Source: a virus. Taken from it: a stretch of 64,000 nucleotides of DNA. The number at the start of each line of letters is the position of its first letter. Positions within the stretch are counted from its first letter, which is position 1. Positions 9,939-20,635 of the stretch are shown here, one piece after another. The stretch lies in the IMG/VR virus record IMGVR_UViG_3300035670_000167, positions 5,634 to 69,633 of that record; one strand, given 5' to 3'. Below the pieces are notes generated by a model. It did no database searches. It was not told the DNA's origin and was given only the letters and a program-made list of their open reading frames with translations. The position numbers were made by a program, and so were the translations under genes.

Positions 9939-11196
9939 TTTTAACCTTTATTTTAAGTTTTCTTTTATCAAATATATTTTTTATATCTTCCATCAAATTT
10001 TCATCCGCAGCATAATCAAATAAAAAACTATCGTACGTATATAATACTATTTTAGTTTTCTTGCCTTTCAACAATTTATGGATATCCATCAAGATACAAA
10101 CATTGGTTGCTGTTTCCAAGTTTTGTAAAACATAATTAAACAACTTTTGTGGATTCATGTTATCCAGCTCACTCTTTTTAAAGCAATAACTTGAACCCGG
10201 TACGATAACTTGACCGGAGTTATTAAACTCATCCCAAGTTATTGTTATAAATTTCTTTATTTGTTGAAAAAATTCAAGGTGCTCATATTCCTTAAATACG
10301 CCTCCGTATAGTTGTTTAAACGTAAGTTCTTTAGCTTCTTTATAACTCGTTCCATACATGTCGGCAAAGACTTGGTGAACATCCTGTCCATCAAAATCAA
10401 AGGAAACCAAATTGGCAGCAAGGTTAGGATGATATGCACTAATATCGAGCTCAATAAATTCATCGTTTTGTGGTATGAAGCTCTTTCTAGCGCCCGACTC
10501 TTTATTTAATGCTGCAAAGTTAACGCCATTAAAAGAGTTACTTGGTCGTTTTGTTGTTGTAAAAAGGTTATAATGTGTAAAAACCTTATTGCTACCAACT
10601 GAATAGAGTGGATTAGTTGGTTTGAAGTGTTGATTAAAAACTGTTTCATCTATTTTTATCCCGTTATTTTCGATTCCAAAGAATGCGAGTGTTGTTTTGT
10701 TGTTATAAAAATCATAATACTCCGGTAAATCTTGAGTAAAATGTTGTTTTACTTTATTATAAATATTTTCACAATACTCATAATGTTTAACTACCGGCAC
10801 AATCTTGTTGATTTCTTTATTGTCCGGATACTTGTTATAAAAATATGTGTGAGTTGGTGTTGGGTCTTGTATATACGGAGGAGTAAGTATGTTTACGTCG
10901 CGCAAGCCCTTAATTTGAAAATAATATAGTGCATTTTTTTTATCACGCACCCACAACCATTCTATATTGTGTAATAACGCATCTATATGCGTTTTACTAA
11001 CGGATAATGTCTCGCTGTGGGCGACACATAACATATACCCTTTTTGTTCTATAGACGGTCTAAAATATATTAAAGACACATCATTAAGTGTAGGATGTAT
11101 GTTATTATGATAAGGAATTATTTCAATGAATGCCTCCTTATATTGTTTATTTATCAAATATTCAATTTGATTTTGAGTCTCTATTAACCAGAACAT
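9916..11196 (-). CDS. Compact family-A DNA polymerase-like protein
   Basis: TTTKRPSN, RKSFIP, motif A ELDISAYHP, motif B AKELTFKQLYG, NYVLQ, motif C YTYDSFLF. Only 426 aa. Confidence 0.8.
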   Translation of the reverse strand: MFWLIETQNQIEYLINKQYKEAFIEIIPYHNNIHPTLNDVSLIYFRPSIEQKGYMLCVAHSETLSVSKTHIDALLHNIEWLWVRDKKNALYYFQIKGLRDVNILTPPYIQDPTPTHTYFYNKYPDNKEINKIVPVVKHYEYCENIYNKVKQHFTQDLPEYYDFYNNKTTLAFFGIENNGIKIDETVFNQHFKPTNPLYSVGSNKVFTHYNLFTTTKRPSNSFNGVNFAALNKESGARKSFIPQNDEFIELDISAYHPNLAANLVSFDFDGQDVHQVFADMYGTSYKEAKELTFKQLYGGVFKEYEHLEFFQQIKKFITITWDEFNNSGQVIVPGSSYCFKKSELDNMNPQKLFNYVLQNLETATNVCILMDIHKLLKGKKTKIVLYTYDSFLFDYAADENLMEDIKNIFDKRKLKIKVKNGRSYDF

Positions 11197-11215
11197 TTAT
11201 TATAACCATTTTGTA

Positions 11216-11246
11216 ATAATATAAAACCTATTTATAAAATATCCAA
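11216..11246 (-). promoter_or_regulatory. Bipartite promoter TTGG-N19-TATATTAT upstream of polymerase
   Basis: CCAA at 11243-11246 and ATAATATA at 11216-11223 on plus strand, spacer 19 nt. Confidence 0.65.
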
Positions 11247-11248
11247 GT

Positions 11249-11857
11249 TTAGCTTTGATAAAATTTAATATAATTTTCTCTTAAAAATAAAGACAAGCCA
11301 TTAAAACCATTTTTTTCTTCTAATTTAACTATTCTTCTATTAGTGTTAAGTACTTTTTCTATATTTCCACTAATTTGCCAAGGTAAAGCTACTGTTTTAT
11401 ATAATTGCCATAAATACTCATCATTGTGGGAAGACATATTGTCAAAAGTCTTTTTATTTATTTCAATAAATTTTGAAGCATTAACTTGTTTAGCAAAATA
11501 TCTTGTAAAGTATCCTATCTCATATTCTTGACTAGTAGGTTCTGGGTAAAAAGGGATGGGTACTTGTTTATTTGTAGGAATTTCGTCTAGGTTTTGAATG
11601 TAAGTATTAACAGATCCTGTACTTACAAACGATGTTTGGATTTCAGTAAATAGTCCTTGGGTTGGGATAGGTACTAAGTCTAATGGGTCTATTAATTCAT
11701 CAGGATATTGTCTTGCTTGTGGAGTAGCTCCTAAATATCTTTGTCCTGTGGATAATTTATAATAAGGGCCTACATATGGAGATAAATCCGATGCCTTAAC
11801 CAACTCTCCATTAGAGAATAAATCTGTTTGGATTTTTGTTTTAGGATAGTAAGGCAT
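11249..11857 (-). CDS. Hypothetical protein at end of baseplate operon
   Basis: 202-aa ORF tightly following the 1025-aa baseplate gene. Confidence 0.7.
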   Translation of the reverse strand: MPYYPKTKIQTDLFSNGELVKASDLSPYVGPYYKLSTGQRYLGATPQARQYPDELIDPLDLVPIPTQGLFTEIQTSFVSTGSVNTYIQNLDEIPTNKQVPIPFYPEPTSQEYEIGYFTRYFAKQVNASKFIEINKKTFDNMSSHNDEYLWQLYKTVALPWQISGNIEKVLNTNRRIVKLEEKNGFNGLSLFLRENYIKFYQS

Positions 11858-11862
11858 TTAAT

Positions 11863-14800
11863 TTATTGTTGGTTTTGAATTGAATATTTTCTATTAGAAC
11901 TTACTGTAAGACTTTCAATTTTAGTTTCCCATTTATTATCTTTAATAGAATGAGAAATACCTTTAATTAAAAAATCAATAACTCCAGTTTTATTACTAGC
12001 TGTGTTGGGTCTATAACTATAAGGAAGAATTTGTTCTGTAATTGAAAAACGCTCATAATTTCTCATACCTGAAAGTCCATCCATAGAAAGGGATAAATTA
12101 AAAGGAATAAAAAATGGTGAGGGCATATTACCTTCCAAAGCATCGTTACCTGTTAGATATAAAGCAATATCTCTATTTGCTGATCTAATAGAATCAATAG
12201 TATCTTTAGAATAAAATTTATCTTTATATAAAGAATTTATAACTTTTTGAACTGCTTGTAAATTTTGTTGAAATATTATTTTAGGATCTGCTTTACCTGT
12301 TTGTGCTCCTTCAATACTATCTTTATCTAATTTTAGAGTAATTAATCTATCTGTAAGACCTTTATTTAGTTTAGATAATCCAGTAGCATTTTCACCAACT
12401 ATGTTTCCAGAAGCTTGAGCTGAAATTGTAGCCATTGCTGCCATATTAGGGGGTAATTGGACTTGAAAATCTACATTTTTTATAAAACTACCGTAAGGTG
12501 TATTTTCTGTACCTATTCCATATACTTGGAATACCGCCATTTCATTTCTTTTTTGTTCAGCTGCGTTTATTAATTCTTCAACTCTTTCTATACTGCTTCC
12601 TTCAATAATTTTTAATTTATTTGCTTCAGCATCAAAAACGGGTTCTAATTTATTAACATTTCCAAGGGCATCATTTATATCATTAAATAATGATGTTAAA
12701 AAATTAAGTAAACTAGTTTTTCCATTGGCGTCTGTATTTTTATCAACACAACCTGCGGCATGATCTAGATTAACATATAAATTCATTAATTTAGCAGCAT
12801 ATTGATTGTTTGGATCATTTACAAAATAAGGTGAAACTGCTTGTAAATCACTAAGAACATCCCATTTAATTTCTGTAGGAGTTGATTTTCCATCTTTATC
12901 TACAACTGAAAAGGTATTGTTGTATTTACTTGGTATCACACATATTTTTGGGTCTGCTGAAAATTGTGCTGGGAATCTTAAACAAAAATTATTTTCAACC
13001 TCTGTATCTATTTCAAATATAGGATTTGAAGATGGAGGAGGTGTTTGTGATCCTGTAGGGGTTTGAATAACAGTAGTGTCTGATTGGGGTTGGTCGTTAG
13101 TTTTAAATGTTATAGCGTTTGGATCATATTTTTTAGTAGAATCATAAACTAAAAGGTTATTTTGAATCCATTCTAATAAATAACCTAATCGTACATAATA
13201 AAAATTTAAACTTAATTTTGAAGTTCCTGTAGATGAAGGATTTGAAGAATCTGCGGTAAATGTAAGTTTATAAAGATTACCTTTATTTCCTCCTGCTATT
13301 GCTTCTTGTCTCCAATTATATAATTGAAGATTTAAAATAGTTTTATTTTTTGTTTCTACGGAAGTTATAGGAGATAAAGAACGAATTTCTTCATCTCGTT
13401 TTAATTTTTGAGAAGCAGCATCTAAACCTTTTCTTTTAGCTTCATTTTCTTTTTTCTTTTTTTCTGCTTCTTTTTGAGCATCTTCTTCTGCTTTTCCTAG
13501 ATTTTGTTTATCAATAGAATTAATAATTGAAATAATCTCGTTAGCTTGCTTTATAAGATATTTTTTATCAGCTTCATATATTTCATCCCATCGAACTTCA
13601 GGTTCTTCACGTATCCATGTAGATTTCCAACTGTAAACATCTGATTTGAATTGGGTGATGGTATCTTTGGCGGAGGTGTTTGAGTTTTTGTCTGCGGAAA
13701 CTTGAATGTTTAAAGTTTTAGTAGTTCTTTTTATATTTCTACTAGCTTCTATAGCTTCAGCATCATTTAAACCAATATCTCTTTGTCTTGGGAAAAGATT
13801 TGCTCTATTTTTTATATTTCTTATATAACCAGCTATTTTATCATTAGCATTTTTTACTTTTTCTTGGGTTGTTGCTCCAACGGCTTGAGCAGTTCCATCT
13901 ATTTCTTGGTCAGCAGCATCTATAGCTTTATATTGGCTATCTATATTTGCTTGTTTTTTAGCAGCTAATTGAGAAGGGGTAAGTTCTGTTTTATTAGTAA
14001 CAATTCCTGCTTTGTTAATTTTAAGAGATTCAATTATATCTCCTAAACCTACTAAATTTAAATCAATATCGTATGAACCATCATCATTAAATTTCCAAGT
14101 AAAATTAGTGACTTTACCTAACATTGCATCATAATTATAACTATCTTCCTCTCGTTGTTTGTGAATAGCTTCTATTATATTTTGTTGGGTTGAACCTTCT
14201 TTAAAAAATAATTCAAAGGGTTTAGTTACAAATTCATTTCTTGTTTTTAAAGGATTATTATTATTTGTATTTGCTGCTAGTTTATTATCTAACCAAATAT
14301 TATGACCCCATTCTAAAAGCATTGTGTAACCAATTCTAAAATATAAAGCATCAAATATTTGAAGTTGTTCTACTGAAAATACTTTAATTTTTACTGAAGC
14401 TTTAGCAAGTGCTCCTCTATTATAAAAACTTACATCAGCCGATTCAATCATAGGCATAGGAACAAAACCTTTAGAGGAAATACCTCCCCATCCATAAGCA
14501 GCAATTGTACTTACATAATCATAAGCTCCACTCCCACCATTATCTACAATACCAAATTTAAATTTAGGATTTAATTTATCATCTACACCAACTGTACCTC
14601 CAAATAAAACACAAGCTTTAGCAAGTTCCATTCCTGTAAGATTTTCATTGATACCTCTTTCTTTTAATTGGTTTTTTCCTTGAGATAATAAATCACTAGT
14701 GGCTCTTTCTTGTGCTGCTGTATCATTTACTGTACTTCCTGAGACTTGGACATCAATAGGTGAAGAACTAGTTCCTACGTTAATAGAAGATGCTAATCGT

Positions 14801-14940
14801 AAAAATGCATTAACATTATTTCCATAAACTATATGAGAATCATTTTTATATCGTGCTCCTAAATAGTTTTGTCTATATATTATTTGATCAGTAACGCCTT
14901 TATCAAAAACCTCACCTGTAATGTTTCCATTTTTTGGCAT
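11863..14940 (-). CDS. Putative baseplate hub / tail-associated protein
   Basis: Position after the gpX-like gene. MLLEWG, GKVTNFTW and C-terminal GISHSIKDNKWETKIES resemble hub proteins. Central coiled-coil insert. Confidence 0.6.
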   Translation of the reverse strand: MPKNGNITGEVFDKGVTDQIIYRQNYLGARYKNDSHIVYGNNVNAFLRLASSINVGTSSSPIDVQVSGSTVNDTAAQERATSDLLSQGKNQLKERGINENLTGMELAKACVLFGGTVGVDDKLNPKFKFGIVDNGGSGAYDYVSTIAAYGWGGISSKGFVPMPMIESADVSFYNRGALAKASVKIKVFSVEQLQIFDALYFRIGYTMLLEWGHNIWLDNKLAANTNNNNPLKTRNEFVTKPFELFFKEGSTQQNIIEAIHKQREEDSYNYDAMLGKVTNFTWKFNDDGSYDIDLNLVGLGDIIESLKINKAGIVTNKTELTPSQLAAKKQANIDSQYKAIDAADQEIDGTAQAVGATTQEKVKNANDKIAGYIRNIKNRANLFPRQRDIGLNDAEAIEASRNIKRTTKTLNIQVSADKNSNTSAKDTITQFKSDVYSWKSTWIREEPEVRWDEIYEADKKYLIKQANEIISIINSIDKQNLGKAEEDAQKEAEKKKKENEAKRKGLDAASQKLKRDEEIRSLSPITSVETKNKTILNLQLYNWRQEAIAGGNKGNLYKLTFTADSSNPSSTGTSKLSLNFYYVRLGYLLEWIQNNLLVYDSTKKYDPNAITFKTNDQPQSDTTVIQTPTGSQTPPPSSNPIFEIDTEVENNFCLRFPAQFSADPKICVIPSKYNNTFSVVDKDGKSTPTEIKWDVLSDLQAVSPYFVNDPNNQYAAKLMNLYVNLDHAAGCVDKNTDANGKTSLLNFLTSLFNDINDALGNVNKLEPVFDAEANKLKIIEGSSIERVEELINAAEQKRNEMAVFQVYGIGTENTPYGSFIKNVDFQVQLPPNMAAMATISAQASGNIVGENATGLSKLNKGLTDRLITLKLDKDSIEGAQTGKADPKIIFQQNLQAVQKVINSLYKDKFYSKDTIDSIRSANRDIALYLTGNDALEGNMPSPFFIPFNLSLSMDGLSGMRNYERFSITEQILPYSYRPNTASNKTGVIDFLIKGISHSIKDNKWETKIESLTVSSNRKYSIQNQQ

Positions 14941-14941
14941 A

Positions 14942-15262
14942 TTATATTCTATTTAATGTATTAAAAAGAGTTTTAGCAAGTGATACATTATACGGAATTC
15001 TTATTTCAAGTCCAACAGGAATAAAAAGAGAATTTTGAGGAATTATATCTGGGTTACCTGAAGCTATAATCCACCATAAATTTACATCGCCATAAAATTG
15101 TTGGGCTAATAAATCTAATCTATCTCCTAAAGTTGTATAAGCATAAGTATCATTAATGTCATTAGGTAATTCTGGGTATCTTATACTTTTTTGAATTGGA
15201 ATAGTTTTATTTCCACCTAATTCTATAAAGGGAACTAATAAATTATTATCATATCTACTCAT
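14942..15262 (-). CDS. Baseplate LysM/gpX (gp53-like) protein
   Basis: GDRLDLLAQQFYGDVNLWWIIASGN...GLEIRIP signature. Confidence 0.85.
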   Translation of the reverse strand: MSRYDNNLLVPFIELGGNKTIPIQKSIRYPELPNDINDTYAYTTLGDRLDLLAQQFYGDVNLWWIIASGNPDIIPQNSLFIPVGLEIRIPYNVSLAKTLFNTLNRI

Positions 15263-15267
15263 TACTA

Positions 15268-16560
15268 TTAAATATTAGTTGATGAAGGAGATGTAGTATT
15301 TTTATATCCTCCAGAATTATTATTTGGATCTCCTGTTTTACCAAATGATATAAACGGAGCATTTACTTGAGTACCATCTATTTCTATAGGTGCATCTGAG
15401 GATGGTAAAATAAATTTATCACTAACAGTTTGAGGAATAAAATTATGAATTGGTGTAAATTTAATACTTTTAATTTCAATTAATTTAGGCATAATATAAC
15501 CATTTGGTTCTGGGGTACCAAATTCAGTTCTAGCTATATCCCAACCTGCTTCATCGGGAAAATCAAAATTAATACCTCTAATTATGCCTGGAAGATCTGT
15601 AATATAATCCCCAATAGTAATTTTAACTAAATTACCACGCATAAAACCACCTTGTGTATAATCAGGTGCCATCAATGATGCTAGATAATTTAATTTACTA
15701 TATACGGCAGATTGTTCATCTTTTGACATTACAGGAACTTGTAAACTAAATCCTAAATCTCTACTAAAACCTCCATATGAATAAAATTTTTCTCCTCTAC
15801 CCATATATTTTATTTCATTCCAATCAGCTCCATAATTATCTGAAAGTCCAGTTAAATAGGCTCTAAAATGAATATAAGTATTATTTCCTGAACCATCATT
15901 ATTGATCTTTTGAATATAAAAAGGGACAGTATCAGTTAAATAAGCATCCTCAGGACCTGTTGAACTTTGATATAAAGGACTTACAGTAATTGAATCTGTA
16001 CGTTTAGCACTTCGTGCGGCTGCCCCCGCTGCTCTGCGTTCTGCGTTATTTTTAAAAGTTGCAGGTTCACCATAAGTACTTTCACGAGTAAAAGTTGGAT
16101 TTAATCCAAAACTAAAAGTATTTCTAACATTTACACCTGTAGGTGCTAATGCAGTATTAGCAACATATGATCCTGGGTTGATAAATTGGTAACGTCTTAC
16201 ATCACTTCCATATTGTCGAATATTTTGTGTAAGAAGTAAAGCTTGTTGTTTAGCAAGAAATTGTAAACCTTGTTCAGTAATTAAAAATTTACTAATTCGT
16301 TCAGTATCCTGAAAGGTAGATCTAGATAATACACCTTGTCCTCTATAAAGACCATCAATAAGTGTTTGAGGTGTTTGTTGACTATCTAAAGAAGGTAATG
16401 GTGTTGTAATTAATGGCTTAGATTTTGATCCATTACCTGCAACTCCTGCATCTCCCGGGGTTCCTGCTTCCCAGGAAACTTCCCTAGGGTTATAGGTATA
16501 ACCTTTGCCTCTGTAAAATTTAAAGGATCCTGGTTCTGTAAGGAGTGTTACTAAGCCCAT
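15268..16560 (-). CDS. Baseplate/tail-tube initiator-like protein
   Basis: FRAYLTGLSDNY..W...Y.GR.E.FY.Y..F.R tube-fold-like motif, located between tape measure and gpX-like gene. Confidence 0.6.
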   Translation of the reverse strand: MGLVTLLTEPGSFKFYRGKGYTYNPREVSWEAGTPGDAGVAGNGSKSKPLITTPLPSLDSQQTPQTLIDGLYRGQGVLSRSTFQDTERISKFLITEQGLQFLAKQQALLLTQNIRQYGSDVRRYQFINPGSYVANTALAPTGVNVRNTFSFGLNPTFTRESTYGEPATFKNNAERRAAGAAARSAKRTDSITVSPLYQSSTGPEDAYLTDTVPFYIQKINNDGSGNNTYIHFRAYLTGLSDNYGADWNEIKYMGRGEKFYSYGGFSRDLGFSLQVPVMSKDEQSAVYSKLNYLASLMAPDYTQGGFMRGNLVKITIGDYITDLPGIIRGINFDFPDEAGWDIARTEFGTPEPNGYIMPKLIEIKSIKFTPIHNFIPQTVSDKFILPSSDAPIEIDGTQVNAPFISFGKTGDPNNNSGGYKNTTSPSSTNI

Positions 16561-16566
16561 TAACTA

Positions 16567-16731
16567 TTATCTCGGTTGATTTGCAGTGTATTTTGTTGGT
16601 TCTGATGCTAGATCTAATTGGGATGCTGCTTTATATTGTTTTTCCAATTTTGATTTTTGTTGGTCTTCGATTTTTGGAGTTTGTCCAAATAAACTCAACG
16701 TGCTTTTTTTTAATAAGTCTAAGATTGCCAT
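16567..16731 (-). CDS. Small 54-aa protein (not in ORF track)
   Basis: Manual translation MAILDLLKKSTLSLFGQTPKIEDQQKSKLEKQYKAASQLDLASEPTKYTANQPR*. Late motif at 16744-16752 upstream, and the ORF fills the gap. Confidence 0.7.
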   Translation of the reverse strand: MAILDLLKKSTLSLFGQTPKIEDQQKSKLEKQYKAASQLDLASEPTKYTANQPR

Positions 16732-16765
16732 AGTTTTTTTGTTTATAAATATTAAAAATTAAAAA

Positions 16766-19558
16766 TTATTGTTGTTTATAGTTAGATAAAGCTAATGTAG
16801 TTCCTACTTTATTTCCGTCAATCATTACTACACCTTCTTTTCCTAAAATTTGTTGTAATAAAGATGATACTCTTTGGAGTTCTGCTACTACAGCATTATT
16901 ATCTCCACCACCACCACCTTTTTTATTTTTATTAAATAAATCAGTTCCAGCAATTACGTCATCTCTATCATTTAATTGGATAGCACCTTCTGGACCTAGT
17001 AATGTTCTTTTTCCATATCCTCCTTCTGAATAAACGTCATTACCTTTAGCTTTTTGTTCTTGAGAATTAAAATATAGTGCAGCAGCAGCTCCAGCAGCTA
17101 AGGCTATACCAGCAGCAACACCTAAGGTGGCAGCAGACATACCTGTTACTTGAGCAACTGCTTTTAAAGCTTGTGCTGCAGCTTCTCTAATTCCTAATAA
17201 TATTCTTCTACCTAAAGATGCTTCTTCTTTTGAGTTTAATCCAGCAATAACTATTTTTACTGCTTGAATACCTTTTTGTATACCTTCATATATAGCTGTA
17301 GCTTTATTAATGGCTAACTGAGTGAATTGGATAGCTTTCATAGTTAAATAAAAACCTCCTACGGCAGTTGCTATTATTCCAATAGTTTTTTCCATTGTTG
17401 TAAATTCTTGATTACCTTCAAATAATTTACTTATTAAACTACCTATTGAACCTACTATTTCTACTATTATATCTTTAACACTAACAATAACGGGGTAAAT
17501 TTTATCCCATAATGAAGAAATTACAGGCATTAAATCCATTGCTAAGTTTTTTAACATTTCAAATATTGGAGTAACAAATTCTTTAACACCTTCAAAAGCA
17601 CTTTTAATACCTTCGGTCATTATTTTAACATTACCTGTATTTGTAAGCCATTCTTTTACTCCTTCAAAAATAGGCCAAACAATTTTCCATAATTCTGTAA
17701 ATAAAGTATTAATTATAGGCATAAGGGCTATTGCTATTTCATTCATAGCAGATTCAAATTGTTGATACATTGCTCCTAAAGGACCCATTGATGCTTTTCT
17801 AGCATCTTCTTCGTTTTTTATAGCTTCAGCAAGTGATGCCATAGAAGTCATAGCAGCTACTCCTTGTTTTTGAAGATCTAAAGTATCTTGATTTGAAGCT
17901 TCATTTTTCTTTTGATTAGATAACATATCAGCTAAGGAATCACCATTCATACCTAATGCTTTACCTAAAGCATCTTGTTGAAGACGATTCATTTTACTAA
18001 ATTCAGCAGCTGTAACTCCTTGTTCAGCTAAAGCTGCCATTAAATCTTCATTTTTACCATTTAAAGCTGCTTCTCTTGCTTTTTCAAGATTTAATTCTTT
18101 ACCTGTTAATAATTCTGCTTCCATTTCAGCAGCAATTGAGTCTTCAATATTTAATAAAGCATTTGCTATACTTTCAACTTGTTCCATTTCAAGACCTAAT
18201 TTTTTAGCTTGAACAACAGCTGATGTAATAGCTTTTCCGGATCCTTGGAAACTTAAAGCAACACGGCTAGAGACTTTAGATACACCTTCCATTACCGATT
18301 TCATACTTACATTTACTTTTAAACTTTTAAGAGATTCTTGAGCTTGTGTAGCAATTTCTTCAGCCACATGGCCTGCTTCTTCACCTGTAAGTTTTGAAAT
18401 ATTGTATATTTTGCCTAAAACATCTCCACTTACACCTCCATGAACATTTAGTTTCATAAAGGTTTTCATTGTTTCGGCACCTAGCTTTTCAGTTCCTTGG
18501 ATTTGACCATAAATAGCACCTGCAGCAGCGGTTGCTTGATCATGAGTCATACCCATAGCACCACCTATTCCTCTTGCTTCTCCGGCTACTTTAGCACCCA
18601 TTGATGCTGAAAGTCCTAATTCTCTAGTTAAATTAGCTGTTTCCTGGCTAATTTCTGCCATAAAATCACGGGCTTCTCTACCCATTTCCTTAAACTTACC
18701 GAATAAAGAAGTAGCCATTCCTATTAAAGCTAAAGGACCTAAAGCAGATTTTAAAGCTGTACCAAAGGCAGCAATACCTACTCTCATTTTACCAAAAACA
18801 CCTAATGCTTTTTTACCACCATCCGTTAATTCATAAGTTAAATCTTTTGCTTTTTGGGCAGCAGCATCTAATCCTAATTTTTTACCTAAATCACCAAAAC
18901 CTAATTTTTCTAAAAGTTTATTAGCTCCCATTAATGATGAAGTAAATAAACTTTGAGATTTAACTAAATTTTCTTGATAAGTTTGTTGAGTTTTTAAAAA
19001 TTCGTTATTTCCTTCTAATGCTTTTGAAGTTTCTTGTAATAACATGTATTGTTTTTCTTCAGCTGAAAGATTTTCTAGTTGGGTAGATAGACCTTTTTGA
19101 CGGGAATATAATTGTTTTGCTAAAGTATCTGCTTGTTCTTTAGCTCCTTTAACACCTAATTCTTCTTGTTTTCTTAAATCTTCTAAGATTTTTTTAGAAT
19201 TAGCTAAACCTTTTTCTTGGTTTTTAATAAATTCTATTCTTTTTTTCCCAGTATTACCTATTTCTTTTTCAAGATTAAGTTGAGTCCTTGCTACTTCATT
19301 TTGTAATTTTTTATTTTTGGCAATATCTTTTTCTACATCTTTAAGAGTATTATATTCGGATGATAAAGATTGGGTTAAATTAACTGCTTTTTTAGTTAAA
19401 TCAGCTGATAATTTGTCTTGGGTAAATTTATCTTTTGCGTTTTTAACTAAAAAAGACATCTTATCATTTAGAGTAGATACAAGATTTATTTGTTCCGATA
19501 ATGCTTTATTAGCATCCTCTATATTTTGTCTTTGTATTTGATCTTTATTAGCCATCAA
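16766..19558 (-). CDS. Tail tape measure protein
   Basis: 930 aa, helical Ala/Gly/Lys-rich with hydrophobic segments. Canonical position after the tail chaperones. Confidence 0.85.
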   Translation of the reverse strand: MMANKDQIQRQNIEDANKALSEQINLVSTLNDKMSFLVKNAKDKFTQDKLSADLTKKAVNLTQSLSSEYNTLKDVEKDIAKNKKLQNEVARTQLNLEKEIGNTGKKRIEFIKNQEKGLANSKKILEDLRKQEELGVKGAKEQADTLAKQLYSRQKGLSTQLENLSAEEKQYMLLQETSKALEGNNEFLKTQQTYQENLVKSQSLFTSSLMGANKLLEKLGFGDLGKKLGLDAAAQKAKDLTYELTDGGKKALGVFGKMRVGIAAFGTALKSALGPLALIGMATSLFGKFKEMGREARDFMAEISQETANLTRELGLSASMGAKVAGEARGIGGAMGMTHDQATAAAGAIYGQIQGTEKLGAETMKTFMKLNVHGGVSGDVLGKIYNISKLTGEEAGHVAEEIATQAQESLKSLKVNVSMKSVMEGVSKVSSRVALSFQGSGKAITSAVVQAKKLGLEMEQVESIANALLNIEDSIAAEMEAELLTGKELNLEKAREAALNGKNEDLMAALAEQGVTAAEFSKMNRLQQDALGKALGMNGDSLADMLSNQKKNEASNQDTLDLQKQGVAAMTSMASLAEAIKNEEDARKASMGPLGAMYQQFESAMNEIAIALMPIINTLFTELWKIVWPIFEGVKEWLTNTGNVKIMTEGIKSAFEGVKEFVTPIFEMLKNLAMDLMPVISSLWDKIYPVIVSVKDIIVEIVGSIGSLISKLFEGNQEFTTMEKTIGIIATAVGGFYLTMKAIQFTQLAINKATAIYEGIQKGIQAVKIVIAGLNSKEEASLGRRILLGIREAAAQALKAVAQVTGMSAATLGVAAGIALAAGAAAALYFNSQEQKAKGNDVYSEGGYGKRTLLGPEGAIQLNDRDDVIAGTDLFNKNKKGGGGGDNNAVVAELQRVSSLLQQILGKEGVVMIDGNKVGTTLALSNYKQQ

Positions 19559-19582
19559 TATTTAATATATGTAATAAATATT

Positions 19583-19610
19583 AAAGGGTATCAAATTTTT
19601 GATACCCCTT
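19583..19610 (-). terminator. Hairpin, possible intrinsic terminator
   Basis: GGGTATCAAA/TTTGATACCC inverted repeat with only a short U tract. Confidence 0.5.
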
Positions 19611-19615
19611 ATATT

Positions 19616-19874
19616 TTATTTTAATTTACCTTTATCAGGATTAACCCAATCTAAAGTTGTTTTTCCATTTTTACCGGAAGCTTTATTGTAAGCTTCTTGT
19701 TGAGATTTATTTTCTTGATCTATTGAATCTTGAATAAATCTAAAAGTAATATTTCTTAACCAAATAGGCATGTTATATATAGTATTATAATCATAACCTC
19801 CACGACCATAAAATACTATTTCATGTATTTGTTTAAAAAGTCGATATCTATACTCTTGCGTCAGGCCAAAAAAA
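19616..19874 (-). CDS. Tail assembly chaperone second ORF (gp51-like), probably reached by frameshift
   Basis: FFGLTQEYR...IHEIVFYGRGGYDYNTIYNMPIWLR. Overlaps the upstream gene at a T7 run. Confidence 0.65.
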
Positions 19875-20594
19875 CTGTACCTGTACAGGTACCGCGACCT
19901 CCTCTTCGCCATTCGGAGTTTCATAAATAAAACTCATTTTAACATCTGGTTGGTATGTTTTAATATGGGTTCTAAATGCCGATGAATCTTTAGCTAACAT
20001 GTAATTATCTACAAATTCACGAATTACTTTTTTATCGGTTTCACCATCTACAGAAAGGATTTGGTGTTTTAAACGAGTTGAAATATCAGCAGATGAATTT
20101 TTATTAATACGTTTCATACCTTTAATATCAGCTTCAATTGCTTTTTCATCTCCAGCTGTAAGATATTTAAATGTAATTTTGTTTTTGGAAAAAGGTAATT
20201 CATATTCAAATTCATTTACTCCTTTTTCAACTTTTTCTTCATCTAATTCTATAGAAGGTAATTCTGAAAGATCTATTGTGATTTCTTCTCCATTATAATT
20301 AAAAGGATAATCTTTACCATAACCTAAAATACGAGCTGCTACCATGATTGCATTTTTATCACCAATTAAAAGATCATCCCAATTAAATTTAGTTATTACA
20401 AGAGATTGTAATAATTTATCAATTACTATGCCTTGTTTGATATAATTAAGATTAGTTAAGATATCTTCTTCTTTCGCGGTCATATATTTAATTTCAATAG
20501 TTCCGCTTGATAAGGGATGACCTTCAGGATACAATAAACCTTTTGAAGGTAATTCTACAGTTTCTGTAGGGAATTTAAATTTTTGTTCTTGCAT
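19848..20594 (-). CDS. Baseplate hub assembly / tail assembly chaperone (T4 gp26-like)
   Basis: ELPSKG, YMTAKEEDIL, ARILGYG, C-terminal FFWP. Lies between tube and tape measure. Confidence 0.8.
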   Translation of the reverse strand: MQEQKFKFPTETVELPSKGLLYPEGHPLSSGTIEIKYMTAKEEDILTNLNYIKQGIVIDKLLQSLVITKFNWDDLLIGDKNAIMVAARILGYGKDYPFNYNGEEITIDLSELPSIELDEEKVEKGVNEFEYELPFSKNKITFKYLTAGDEKAIEADIKGMKRINKNSSADISTRLKHQILSVDGETDKKVIREFVDNYMLAKDSSAFRTHIKTYQPDVKMSFIYETPNGEEEVAVPVQVQFFWPDARV

Positions 20595-20635
20595 AAATAT
20601 TTTTTTATAACTTTGTTATCGTATATAAATATATG

